The notes: a model not told the origin generated them from the letters alone. DNA of 64,000 nucleotides from Octopus vulgaris (GCA_951406725.2 OX597832.1:7750001-7814000), one strand, 5' to 3'. Positions 28,187 to 41,789 are shown, counted from the first letter of the stretch. Translations and numbers: made by a program.

Positions 28187-30190
28187 CTATTGAATTGATA
28201 GTACCTTGCGTAAAATGTGGGCTGTTCTTAGTAGGGTAACGTTTTGGATAGTATGTAGATTTGAAGGACCAGCTATAGCTTTTATGTTTTTGTTCCTTCC
28301 TGTTTTTGTTTTTTTATCATACCCAAATTTCAAATTATTTCTGATTTTGTTTTCATCTTCATTCCCCAAATCTTGACTACTTCAATTTTGAGATCTATCT
28401 ACTTTGACAATTTATCCACTGCTTTTTGGTCTATATTTTAGTCAAAACTGCAATGTCTATAAGTTAGTAAGCATTTTATCACAATCCTTAATTTTTAGGT
28501 CTGGGTGCTGTTGGAACAGGCAATGTCTCAGATGATTGTGGCTTGGTCGTTTTCATGCACCTTGTATGACTGACACATGTTTATACCATTTCTTATCAAT
28601 TTTATGCTGTAGCGTTAGCATGTTGCACAGTTGATATAACTAATTACTCGGACATATCGGTATATACATTCCGATTTAGCTAGGACTGGACAGCCAGAAA
28701 TAATGTGTTTAATTATCTCATTGTGCTGGTTGCACATTCTGCATATCTTGTTAGGGCTTATTTTCATTATTTTGCTTTTATAATTATTTGTATTCAGACA
28801 TTGGTTTTGTGCCGTTGTTGACCACAAACAACTTTTATAGTTGTTTGTGGTCAGACATTGGTTTTGTACCATTCCAGACTGTTCTTGTTGTTGACAAGGC
28901 AGATCTTGCATCCTATGAAACCTTTCCCACCCTGTTTCTAGGCATATACAGTCTGTCAGCAAATCCGTCCTTCCGTTTCTGGTTTTAGTCCAGAGCTTTT
29001 GATCCCCTGCAGGCTGTGGCTTTTAGTATCATTATTATTAGTTTTCGATTGATTTGCATTTCATTTCATCTTCCATCTAATATATACATCCCTTAGAGAC
29101 CTATGGGATGTATATATTAGATGGGGGGAAGCTTCCTGAGAAAGCGAGCAGTTGATGTCAGCAGAATTTCCTGAGTCTCATTGATTACTGGTTTTCCAGG
29201 GATCTGGTTATAACTTCATTTCTCGATCAGTTGCAGGGCACCTACATCAACGGGGATCTATTATCTTGCATCGCTTACTTATTTTGCCTTTATAATCGTG
29301 TATGGTCTTCTTGCCTCGGTACTATGGTTAGACCTCATGGAGAAGTTGCACAAGATCTTGTATTTCTCATTTTCCATCACAACCTCTAGTTCGTGCTCAC
29401 ACCATCTTTCTGTTGTTCTGAAACCACACACTCGGTTAACACTCCTATACACATTTTGCCGCTACACTCATGTCTGCGCTTGAATTGCCTTTGTGCTAGT
29501 ATACCGCACTCACTAGAAATGTGATTTATGCTCTCTTTCCCTTTACTGCAGATGTTGCGTTTGTTGTCTGACTGAGTTTTGTCGATCTTTGCCTGTATTA
29601 GATTTGCTCTAAGATGTTATTCCTTAACGTTTGTGTTTCTCGTTAAAAGTTCTCGTCCGTCAACTAAAGGTAGCGGGCTTTACTTCTAGCATCTTCTGTT
29701 TGTTGCATGAATTGGCCATGCAGTTATATTTCTTTCCGTTTATTCCTTTACCTTCTTTTCTCTTTGAATTCTCCCACCGTTTTAGTCACTTTTTTGACAT
29801 CTCTGTCTGCCAGCTCCAGTGTTGCAGAATTTCAGGATGACGTACGCTGTGCATTGCTTTCTAAGTTCTATAGCTCGGTTTTTGTCCATTTCAGAGAAGG
29901 GGCAGAGTATCTCAATCCTGACATTTTCCATGTATTTATGGCTTTAAAGATGCCATCCCCATTTAATTTTGCTTCGAGTACCTTCCCAATTCCATTGAAC
30001 ACTTTAGTGACAGTCTCTCTCCTGTCTCTCTCCATTATCTTAACATCATGCAGTATTCATAGGTATTTGTATCCCTCATTATTCCACAGCCATCAAAAGA
30101 CATCTTGTGGTAATTTTATGCCATCAGATTTTATTTTTCTCCTTCACTTTATAGTTATTACTGCGCATTTATCTACCCAAAACTGAATTC
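28187..30190 (-). pseudogene. Decayed R4/Dong-like RLE LINE
   Basis: Q.Q.L.TNNYK...CRMCNQHNE.I.HIISGCPVLA zinc knuckle and C-terminal LLRTAHILRKVLS; extent of the upstream part is uncertain. Confidence 0.75.
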
Positions 30191-30237
30191 CAATGTCTTT
30201 ACTCAGTATTCTCACAATCTGGATTAGAAAATCTAAT

Positions 30238-30247
30238 TATTATTATT

Positions 30248-30321
<74 letters not shown>

Positions 30322-30346
30322 AATCATCATCATCATCATCACCACC

Positions 30347-30398
<52 letters not shown>

Positions 30399-30405
30399 CC
30401 ATCAC

Positions 30406-30494
<89 letters not shown>

Positions 30495-30576
30495 CCATCA
30501 CCATCACCATCACCATCACCCCCCACTACCATCATCATCATCATTATCATTGTCATTGTCGTTGTTGTTGCTGTTA

Positions 30577-30643
<67 letters not shown>

Positions 30644-30669
30644 CATTACCATTATCATTATTATTATTA

Positions 30670-30748
<79 letters not shown>
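30238..30748. repeat. Compound (CAT/CAC)n-(TTA)n microsatellite
   Basis: Direct observation; explains the poly-His/Leu/Asp/Met ORFs. Confidence 0.97.
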
Positions 30749-31363
30749 CCCTTACCCCTAATTTTAGAAGCGTATATGAGTGGAGGGTCTATGTATGTGT
30801 GAATGAAATTACTAACAACTCGAAGGAACACAAGTCCGATTGAATAATCGAGAACTTATTCGTATTTCTGTTGTTACATTCCACGTAATATATTTATACA
30901 AAAATAATTAATTTTCAAGTGGTCCAGTCCCACCACATTGTAAATAGATGCCAGTGAATAAAACCAATCTTACGGTTCAATGCAGCGGCCGAAACGAGAA
31001 ACTGAGTAAAGATTCGTCGGTTTATAGAAGGATGGTCTGTTCCCATTAAATGAAAATTCTTTCTACGTTTTGCCCGTCTATTTGTTAGTCTCTTTCGTTC
31101 TCTCTCTCTTTGGCTCCTTTCCCCTTTCTTGCTTCTATCATTTGCTGTATAACTTTATTGCATTTAAACATTTCTGAAAATGCAAAACGTTTTATTGTGT
31201 TCTTGACTGGTGCTCCAAAAATTCAGTTGCTTAATGGATTGGTCATTAGAATATTTTTCTCTCTCTGTCTTTCCCTCTTTCAGTCTTTCAGTCTTTCTCT
31301 CTCTCTTTCTCTTTCTCACTCTGTCTAAATATATTTCCCCACCTAATACTTTCTGTATGTATG

Positions 31364-31481
<118 letters not shown>

Positions 31482-31537
31482 TGTGTGTGTGTGTGTGTGT
31501 GTGTGCATGTATGTATATATATATATATATAAAAATA

Positions 31538-31588
<51 letters not shown>

Positions 31589-32142
31589 GTATGTGTATGT
31601 TCCTGTGTGTATGTGAGTGTTTCTTTTTATCAATAACAGCAGTCTAATGAAGAAAGCCTGCTATCTGAAACATTCTAGTCTGATTTTTAATGCCTGACTC
31701 CGGAATTTCCACTGATATTTCTTCCATATTCAACGATCCCCTACACACTCCCTCGCTAGCTTACTTTCACTACGCAAGTATGTATTTGACTAGCAATTCT
31801 TCTGTCAAGGTGAAACGAAATATCTATAATTGAGAACCACAAATCTTCTATCTTATCATTCCCTTGTTTCGGTCAATGGGCTGCGGCCATGTTGGGACAC
31901 CACCTTCAGGGATTTTATTCGAACCCAGTACTTATCTGAATCGATCCCACTACTTATTCTTTTTTCTTAAGCCTGGTACTTACTCTGTCAGATTTTGCCG
32001 AACCACTATGCCGCAAGGACGTAAGCAATACAACACCGGTTGTCAAGCAGCAATAAGGTAAAAACACAAACACAAAGACATACATACACACTCGTAGATA
32101 TATACACATATACATATAAATCTATGCATATGTGTTTTTGTG

Positions 32143-32176
<34 letters not shown>

Positions 32177-32556
32177 TAGCAGTATCGCCCGGCGTTGCTC
32201 AGGTTTGTAAGGGAAATAACTATAAAGCATTTTTAGAGAGTTATAGCCAAAAAATAGGAAAAAAATGGAAAAAAAATGATGGTAAATTTTTATTTGATAG
32301 TTAAAAAAGGTCGAGTTGCGTCCCCTAGACAGTCTGTGGTTTGTGTTTCTGATTCTCGACCCCATGTCGAATTTATCGATTTTTTCAGAACTGGGGGAAC
32401 TTTTCAAAATTTTCGCTGCGTTAGTTTTGAATTATGACATTGGGCTATGTGTGTGTCAAGTTTCATCAGAATCGGTTGAAAGCCGTGGTCAGGGTGAGGG
32501 TACAACCAAACGGACACACAGAAACACACACAGACAAACTGCCGTTTATATATAGA
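32177..32556 (-). mobile_element. Non-autonomous Helitron-like element
   Basis: Minus strand starts TC(TATATATAAA) and ends GCAACGCCGGGCGATACTG-CTAG with a GC-rich subterminal stem; no TSD; sits in a TA tract. Confidence 0.65.
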
Positions 32557-33794
32557 GAGATATATGATGGGCTTCTTTCAGTTTCCGTCTATGAAACCCA
32601 CTCATAAGGCTTTCGTTAGCTTTGGGCTGTAGTAGGAGATAGACGTGTAAGGTGCCACATAGTGGGACTGAACGTGGAGCCAGGTGGCTTGGAAGCATCT
32701 TCTTGCAATAGCCACGTCTGTGCCTATCGTTGATTTCGTGAATTGTAAGTTTATATATTTGCATAGTGGTAGTAAGAACAGGTAGCAGTGAAAAGCAAGC
32801 GGTAACTGCAACAGCAACTGCAGCAGCAGAAGCAGCAGCAACAGCAACAGCAGCAAACAGCAGCTAGCAGCCGCAGCACTAAGTAGCTGCAGCAACAAGC
32901 AGCTGCAGCAGCAAGTTGCAGCAGCATATTCTTTGACAAACCGAACATAATCTACGGCTTAGAATTTTAAGAGACAGCGATTTAAAATGTCAGCCAATAC
33001 AAGATAACATCGATCGTTCATTGTAATGTCTACGATGTCACGTGTTACGAGAACATGAGAATAAACATTCTATTCCAAACACCATGCTACTTGAGGCTAC
33101 TTTGGGAATTAGAGATTATTTCTTTTAACAATTCTGATCAGAGACTACAAAAAGAAAAAAAACATGAAAAAATGGCGATACTGGCCTCTTATGTATTTCC
33201 TAAATTGTTGTTACACAGACATTTTCTTGGTTCTCTTCAAATGTAACTAAAATGACTGGACTGTATAATTTATGTACAAGAGGCAGACATCGGGAGAATT
33301 GGTAGATCTATGGACAAAATGTTTTGTCGTATTTCTTTAATCTCATCGCTCTAGGTTCTGAGTTCAACTCTCAAGAGTTGGTGTTGACATGGCTTTAATT
33401 CTTTCAGGAGTTGGTAAAGTAAAGTGCGTCTTTCAAGATTCATAAAATAGGTACATGACAAGTACTGAGTAGATGTAACCACTCGCCTCCATCTCAAGCC
33501 CTCCCAAAATGGACATTACGTTGCACTCTAACTTCAAGTCATGTCAAGGTAGAAAACCAGTCTATTCATTTCTTTTCGTTGGCAAAGGATACTGGTAGCA
33601 TGTTTGATAGAGCCGTGATAGAGCCGTGATGTGAACTCTCTTTTCATAGATAGAAAATAGATAGATAGACATACAGATAGAATGATCGATAGAGGAGTAG
33701 AAAGATAGAGAGAAACAAATATATATAGATATAATCGCGATGGACACCGTGTGGGCAGTCATCTAAGAGTTTTTGTTCATCTTGATGCTGACAT

Positions 33795-33900
33795 AAGTTC
33801 CTTGTTTTTTCCTGATGAGAAGGCGGCATAATGCACCCCTTATTCCTTCGAAATTAGGAATATGCAGCCTTCGAAACATATGTCGAGAATAAAGGAATTT
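33795..33900 (+). ncRNA. Type I hammerhead ribozyme with extended helix II
   Basis: CTGATGA 33812-18; helix II GAAGGCGGCATA/TATGCAGCCTTC; GAAA 33873-76; palindromic ACATATGT; GUC site at C33884; long imperfect helix I 33795-33811/33885-33900. Confidence 0.85.
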
Positions 33901-33937
33901 TGTTAAATCGTCGTTCAACTCCATTCTTTCATTTATT

Positions 33938-33993
<56 letters not shown>

Positions 33994-35430
33994 CATATAT
34001 ATATGCGTGTGTGTGTATATTTGTATATTAATGGGAATTTCTGTCTTTTTGGCTGTTACCATCGTGATGTCTATACCAGTGAACCAATCACCACGACACT
34101 TTGCATACATGTTAAACTAACATCCAAGGCTAATTGGATTTCAATAAAAATCGATAATGTGCACTCTACGAGGGTTGTGTCATTATATGATAAAATGAGA
34201 ATGGTGCAAAGAGTGTTAGGTTGAGGGGAATGTGGTGGCACATTGAGGGTAGCTGATATCAGGGAAGGGGATGAGACTGGAAGAGATAGAGAGAGACAGG
34301 AAATGTGAGAGACTGACAGAGAACGAGAGACAGGGACAGAGTGGGAGAGAGAGAATGTGTTTACTGAAGGAAAGAGCGAATTTTAATACTTTGTTCTTTA
34401 ATTTTTACCTATCACTTAACGCATACACTTAAGTGAATTAACTATCGTATGCTCACTCAAAACTTTTACAATATATCCAACAACAGATGTAACACTAACA
34501 AGTGAAATGTAAAGTGTTTATATATTTGTTTTCAAATCACCGTATTAAGATTTATAAAAAACACTTTACAAACATACCGAAACAATATAGATATTGTCTT
34601 TCATTTTGTTCCATAGCTAAAACTGTTTGATTCTTAACATAAATTGAAAAATAACACACAGCTCGAACTAGAAGGCGTAAGAATATAAAAACATTCAGCG
34701 CAGTTATTTCTTTACATTGCACCTTCAACACTACTTATATGGAATTTTACATCATCTCAAGATTCTAATGGTTCTGAAAAATATTCACTTCCCTTTTCCA
34801 CTTTCCAATACGTTTTAACTGTCTCTCTACTGTTGTATGGTCTTCCTTATAACTATCACATTGGGAAATATTAAAATTACGTCAACATTTGGTATATTGA
34901 AATAATTTTTCACGTGAAATTCGATTTTGTTATTTGTTACAGAAAAATTGCAGTAAAATATTACTGGGGTTTGAAGTTTAATTAAGTTTATCAAATCAGA
35001 AAAGAGGATTTGGAATCTAGCATTTTCTTCTATCACAAATGAAGCAAAATCATTACGAGGAGGAATTTTTATTAAGCAAACGAAAGCAAAGCATTGCGAA
35101 GACCAAAGTTGTAAGAACTTCTGAGGTTTTCGTAAGTTTTAATGAATAAAGCCATGTGAAAGTCTCGAACAAACGTGTAAATAATTTTAAAAGGAAAAGA
35201 TCGTCATAGAAGTTTTTTGCGAAAAATTGCACAAATCTGTCCTGATCAAGGGGCCTATCTGTCGGAGAAGGTATGGTCTGAGATGGAATAAACAAAAATG
35301 CATATGAGACATTCTATTGTAAAAATTGCCAGTAAACGACGGGCTATTCACCTTGCACATATATATATCGCCATGATAGGTTGTTAGCCACTACACACAT
35401 TTTTTTCTCTCCTTGTTTTTTTCTGTGTCC

Positions 35431-35466
35431 GTTTCTGTAGAAGAGCGTAGGCTCGAAACGTAAAAT
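35431..35466 (+). ncRNA. Minimal hammerhead-like motif, variant core CUGUAGA
   Basis: GTTT-CTGTAGA-A-GAGC gtag GCTC-GAAA-CG-TA-AAAT within a ~190-bp unit (35380-35565) ending in (TA)n. Confidence 0.55.
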
Positions 35467-35558
35467 ACTTTTCCTATTCCTGAGCGTCATACTAATACAT
35501 CTGTTTATTTTGTACACTACATGTCTTCGTCTTTTGTTTTTTTCGTAATTTCTCCCTA

Positions 35559-35602
<44 letters not shown>

Positions 35603-36000
35603 TATACATACATACATATACATGTGGTGCCCCAGCATGGCCGCAAAGTAGGTAGGAGGATAATAGATAGAAGATAGATAGATAGTTATACAGTGTCAAA
35701 TATAAAGTATAGTTAAGGAAAGTATACATTTTGTTATATAAAACTGTAAGGTTGAGCTGATACATTTAGATAGCAGAACAAAATTGCCGTTTGAATCTAA
35801 ACTGATATGATTGCAAAAGTAAGAAAACTCTGGGTAAAATCAAGTGATGGCAATAAACCATCTACAATAAAGAATCTAGCACGCAAATAAGTGTAACTAG
35901 AATATTGCTTACTGGTTGGAGAATAGAAGTATGTGCAAGTACTTGTGTGTATGTAGATTTGTGAGTTTGTAAACATACAACGTGAGATAAGTGTGTTTAA

Positions 36001-36208
36001 TCCTTTAGCATTCAGATTACTCTCACTTGCAATGCTTATTAATTCATATTGATTTGAATTAATCATGCGTTATCTCGTAGCTTCAAGATTTTGATTACAT
36101 GATTATCGATTTTCAGAACGACATTGTAGGATAGATGTGAGAGGCCAGATCTGGGTAGTTTGTACATAAAACAAGGTAGAATATTTGGGACTAACATAGC
36201 CGAAAGGA
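36001..36208. mobile_element. piggyBac-type MITE
   Basis: TTAA at 35997-36000 and 36209-36212 with inverted ends TCCTTT/AAAGGA. Confidence 0.6.
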
Positions 36209-36983
36209 TTAAATAGCGAAAACAAAAGTAATAAATAATTAGATAGATAGGCATCCGGCGGTCTCGAGAGACCATATTCTCGTATTCTTTTTCCTGTTTC
36301 AGTCATTATTTGCGGTTATGCTGAAGCACCACCGTGGGAAAGAAAATATGCCTGTAATTTAGTACTTAATTGTCAGTGGCGTTTACAGAGATCACTTGAA
36401 GACAAACAGCCAAACCCTAGTAAATTTATATATTTAATTTCTTTTAATCCATTGACACACTTCTTCTTCTACTTGGTAAAAACCATCTTCATTTTTTTGT
36501 ATTTTTATTTTTATTTTATTATCACTGCCACTTAAATAGATTTGGTTTTCTTACTGTTATTATAAATGTAAGTTCAATTAAGGTCACCTTTATTCTGTTA
36601 TTTTTAGTTTTGTTGGTACTAGTATTGTGATATTACTTTGGTATTTGTTTTTGCGTCACTGCAACAATATATGTGACCTGGAATCTAATAAATTGTTAGG
36701 TGGAGAGTAATGGACATGGGATATCTGAGAAAAAAAAAACTGACCGTGCTTGATCGAATTATACCCGAGGAAGCACCCATGCACCGCTGTTGCTGAAAAA
36801 TATTTAATTATATAGTAATTCTAAAGATTAATCTTATATAATAATTAAATATAAATGTAAAGTCAGCGACTTAAATCGAGTGTCCGGTGCAGAAACAACT
36901 GTTGTGATTTACTATGAAAGCCTGATATTTTCCATCATCATGTTATATTATTCTTAAATATGCTTATATATATATATATATAT

Positions 36984-37069
<86 letters not shown>

Positions 37070-37084
37070 GTGTGCAAATGTAGT

Positions 37085-38523
37085 TACACGCAGGTGTTAT
37101 TCGAATTCTTTTACTTCCAACATATGTTTCGAAGACAACATTGGTATTATTCCAAAGGAATAAAATGTAATCTTCTCATCAGGGAAAGAAAGAAAGAAAC
37201 CAAACTCATCAATAAGACATTTTATTTTAAAAACCGTTAGAGGATATAACGTCAAATGTAGCCTATAGAAAGAGAAGGGGTAAAGGAAAGAAATAAGCAG
37301 AAAACTAACAAAGGAGAAATATAGAGCGATATGTGAATTAAGATAAAAGCTTGAAAGGCTTGGAAAAAGATATATCTAATGGAAGTGAAATGTAAGAAGA
37401 AAATCAATGTTCAAATTATATACAATGGTAGATATCACTTATATGAACTTTAGATATGTTTCTGCCAATGTTTACATCGATAAGCCCGCTCTATAACTGT
37501 GTTTACAATTGGGTTCTTAGAACATAGAATAGAAAATAGTTCACTATTACAGAGTTGGCAGAATTCTTTGCCCTTATCATATGGGAATAAAATGGAGAGA
37601 ATCAACCAATCTAAATTAAAGTGCTTATCACGGTCTTTTAGATACAAATTAATTTACTAAGGCCTCTGCTGTTGCGTTTATTACTATCCCTAAATGTAGA
37701 GTAATGATTAACTGAGAAGAAGAACTACCTATATAAAAAAAGACATTGGTACCTGAAGTAATTTTACACTGGTATATAGAGTTTTTAATCTTAGAATTAC
37801 TAGACATAAACTTAATTCTGTTGGAATTGACTTCAGAGAAATAACCTTGTTATTAATATTTCTAGGGGGATGGTTAGTATTAGCTAAATTAATGTTAGTA
37901 TTAGTAATTGGATTCTTATTTAACAGACTAATATTATGTGAGGAGATAATTTGTGGGAGGAGATTTTTTGTATTGGAAAAACCAATCATAACCGTGTGCG
38001 AGTTGATAATCAAGTGATACCTAGAATTCTTTGGAAAAATTCTAATAAACTGGAAAGGAAGATTAGATTTAATTTTTCTCCCATAAGGAATAATCAACCA
38101 AATAGTTTTGCCAGTAGTTGCCTTATTTTAGGTGTAACTATCTTTAAAAGATATCGATTTACCTTTAGAATGAAAAAAGGGCTTTAAATAACGGTTATCC
38201 CAACTTACGTTGTAAAAAAACCTTCCTCTGTTTGGTGTTGGCGTATAAATTAAAATTGAAATCGTTCATGTCATTACAGCAAGAATTCATATCTCCATTA
38301 CTAAAGGTAGAATTAGATTGAATAGCATTCACGTAGGTAACTTTTTCTGTATAGCTTGGTTTAAGTAAGGCAGAGTAATAAAATTCAGCCTTGTCGTTGA
38401 AAATGTCAACATTAGCAGATAACTTAGACAATCTAAATGAAATACACTTAACTCAGTTCTTAGTGATGGCCCTAGAATGATTACTGAATTGGTTAATATA
38501 CTTAAGATTGGTTGATGGTTTGT

Positions 38524-38526
<3 letters not shown>
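37085..38526 (-). mobile_element. Penelope-like retroelement, 3' part (RT thumb, GIY-YIG C-terminus, pLTR)
   Basis: YHKPSTNLKYINQFSNHS; RLSKLS...F...Y.SAL...Y; HYSTFR...LSK...LKD...W.IL...PY...CQLC.SE...CKH, typical of the PLE endonuclease end; HHR downstream. Confidence 0.8.
37115..37186 (-). ncRNA. Type I hammerhead ribozyme in the putative pLTR of a Penelope-like element
   Basis: Minus strand TTCC-CTGATGA-GAAGA...TCTTC-GAAA-CATATG-TT-GGAA; same family as 33795-33900. Confidence 0.82.
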
Positions 38527-38612
<86 letters not shown>

Positions 38613-38834
38613 GCTATGCATACACATACATACATATATCCCTCGCTCGACAACCGCTGTTGCTGGTTTGTTTATGTCCCATAATTTAATGTTTCGGCGA
38701 AGTGTGCAAAAAAAACAACTACCAAACTTTTAATAAATACAAGGAGTGGATTGCTTGAATAAGTTGTCCACGACGGAACATCAGCATGGCCGCTGTTCAA
38801 TGACTGAAATAAGTAAAACCCATGAAATACACAT

Positions 38835-38870
<36 letters not shown>

Positions 38871-39104
38871 GTCAGTCAGTCAGTCAATCAATCAATCAAT
38901 CAATCAATCAATCTATCTGTCGATCTGTCTGCCTGCCTGTCTGACTCTCTGTCTGTCTTGTACTCTATGCTGGTTGATTTTTAAAAATATCTTTATTCTA
39001 AGCAGTGGGCTTCACTCTGAGGTTTGAAATTGTGTGCCTGGTTTATCCTTTCCTCATCTATGTTTAAAATCTACGTGAAATGGGAAGAGATCTAGATTTT
39101 GAAG

Positions 39105-39600
39105 TTATATTTAAACCTGCAAATTATATATGACGGTGATACATTAATTATTGCTAGTTGCTTAGATGTGAGAATTCTGTTGAATAAAGTGAAAAAAAAT
39201 GCAGAATATGGTTTATGTATTAATATTAACAAAACCGAATCAATAGTTATCTCAGAAACGCATGATTGAGATGATCCTATAATAATTGATAATCACAATT
39301 GTGTATGAGTTCTGTTATCTTCGAAATATTAAAAATCAATGAAGTGACAGGAAAGCGATAAAAGTGAACGCAGTAGAAAAATCCTCACTTATCACTTTTA
39401 ACTGCTTTCGGATAAATCCGTGAATGAAATGATCAAGAAGAAGAACTTGCTTTACACTTCACTATTTTAGTTACAAACAAATGAGCATTTAAAAAACTGC
39501 TAAAAGCGACAGAAATTTTTCTCAAGTTGTTATTACAGAAGAATATATTTTAGGAATTACTAAGGCAAGAAAGAGGGGAAAATAGTAGGTGTTGGATACA
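39105..39600 (+). pseudogene. Highly decayed RTE-like LINE RT fragment
   Basis: Degenerate YxDD followed by LLNKV...EYGLCININKTESIVI. Confidence 0.5.
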
Positions 39601-39644
39601 TTTAGAATTGTGTGGAACCATAGAAAAGAGAGAAACAAAAAAGA

Positions 39645-40075
39645 ATAAGGCTCGAAATTTTAGGGGAGGGAGCCAATCGATTAGATCGGCCCCAGTACGC
39701 AACTGGCACTTAATTTATCAATACTGAAAGGATGAAAGGTAAAGTCGATCTCCGTGGAATTTGAACTGAGACCGTAGCGGCAGACGAAATACCTATTTCT
39801 TTACTACCCACAAGTGGCTAAACACAGACAGGACAAACAAGGATAGACAAAGGGATTAAGCCGATTACATCGACCATCAGTGCGTAACTGGTACTTATTT
39901 AATCGACCCCGAAAGGATGAAAGGCAAAGTCGACTTCGGCGGAATTTGAACTCAGACCGTAGCGGCAGACGAAATACCTATTTCTCTACTACACACAAGG
40001 GGCTTAAACACAGACAGGACAAATGGATTAAGTCGATTATATCAACCCCAGTGCGTAACTGGTACTTATTTAATC
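39645..40075 (-). mobile_element. SINE family A head-truncated tandem array (3 units)
   Basis: Units joined twice at CAGACGAAATACC|TATTTC (~39781-39800 and ~39966-39985). Confidence 0.85.
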
Positions 40076-40204
40076 GAAAAATGGCTCGATCACCTCCCTT
40101 CCGAGATGAAAGATGGTCCTTGGCAAATTGACTACCGAAAGATTCGCACTCACATATATAAACTGACACTACGTAGAATATGACGACGAGCGCTCCTGTT
40201 GATC

Positions 40205-40530
40205 CAATCAACTGAACAACCTGCTGAACATCTGAGTGATAATCCCGTGGACCCCACGTAGTATTGGTGGCAGCCCGAGCACCTTATAACATAAATTATG
40301 TTTTCAGAAGCAAAAGTAAAATTAGATCTGATCTTGAATTTTTGTCCCTCTTTGAAAAGGAATTCTGATCCTTCAAGAAGGTTTGGGCACGTTGCGCAAT
40401 TTAGTCTACCACATTTTTTTACTTTTGCATCCGTAATTTCAGAAAACAATTTTGCCTTTGTGAGAATCTTTTTAAGTGATTTAGGTTGTTTGTAGCTTTT
40501 AATGATTTTATGTATGTTTAGAATTTCCTT
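40205..40530 (-). pseudogene. Penelope-like GIY-YIG endonuclease fragment
   Basis: Y.QPKSLKKILTKAK...KKCGRLNCATC...SENIIYVIRCSGCHQYYVGSTGLSLR: Cys-rich linker plus GIY-YIG motif. Confidence 0.85.
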
Positions 40531-40911
40531 TAGAAATAACAAGAAAATAAGAAATAACAAACAAAAACCGAACAACGCACAAACCACCCCCAATTTCAAA
40601 CACTTATTCAACAAAAACCCTCCTCATTATCCTCCATACACTAGAAACAGAAATCACCCACAACCAACATTTTTGAACCACGCAAGACTTAACAGGGAAC
40701 AAGCTTACAGACAACGCATTTATGAAATAGATTACACCAAGAACACAACACGCCAACAAGAGAGAAATTTGAAAAGTTAACACGAAAACGGTAATTTCTC
40801 CAAAAACTATAACGACTTAAATATATTCTTTAACCTTATAAAACAAGCCTTCTGTAGTTTTATCACTTTTCTATATATCCAACCACGTGTTTTCACACAC
40901 CAACTTTCTCA

Positions 40912-40947
<36 letters not shown>

Positions 40948-41090
40948 AAGTCACTCTCAACCGACTAAATATATATGAGTATTTACAGATACAAACATAC
41001 ATGCATTCACATGTATATACATTTTTGTATGTATGTACGAATGTATGTATATATGTGTGTGTGTGTGAGTGTGAGCTGAATTTGGGTTAA

Positions 41091-41585
41091 TTGAAATACG
41101 TTTGTCACATACGTCAACTTCTAAGAGGACAATGCACTGCAGTTACCATGGGGACAAAATCTGTCTTTTGGTAGCAAGGTGTGACAACATCCAGTTCGTT
41201 TAATGTCACCCTCTTTTAGGAATCCCAGACATCGATGTTTCGAGCATTTTGACTCGTGTCAATGATATATTTGTAAGAGAGGCAACTCTGAACGAACTTA
41301 AAAAATGTATAACTTTATATATAATTCATTCAACACGTTGACTAATTTGCGCTTGTAGATCGCCCAAATGAGTTAAATAATGAAACATTGGCGCAAAGCA
41401 GTGTTTAAGTATGAGCAGAATTTAGGCTAGTTGAAATATGTGTCACATATTTCAACTGCCAAAAGGCAATAACACTGCAGTTACCATACAGAAAAAAATT
41501 CTCTTATGGTAAAAAGGCGTGAAAACTTTGAGTTCGTTCTGTGTGACCCCTGTTAGGAATCCCAAATACCGATGTTTCGAATTGA
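41091..41585. repeat. Diverged direct repeat (~155 bp, ~340-bp period) with HHR-like remnants
   Basis: 41091-41245 resembles 41431-41580; both end TAGGAATCCCA...CGATGTTTCGA. Confidence 0.75.
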
Positions 41586-41614
41586 TTTGTTTACACATAT
41601 ATGCACACACACAC

Positions 41615-41789
41615 ATGCGCACATGTACACACCTACATCTATATGCACATATATAGGCATATATGGGCACTGGACGTCACGAAACGTGCACAATAAAAAA
41701 TACGAAGTACAAGTACATGGAATATGAACTATTTTTTCGAACAATGATAGACACAATGGAAAAACAAGGCAAGTAACACGAAGAGCGAT

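Noticed and set aside
31640-31685. CTAATGA-AGAAAG..CTATCT-GAAA motif
   Set aside because: G5A change, no palindromic helix III and no helix I
32805-32925. CAG-rich stretch as a polyQ exon
   Set aside because: In-frame stops nearby, no clear splice sites and no flanking coding signal
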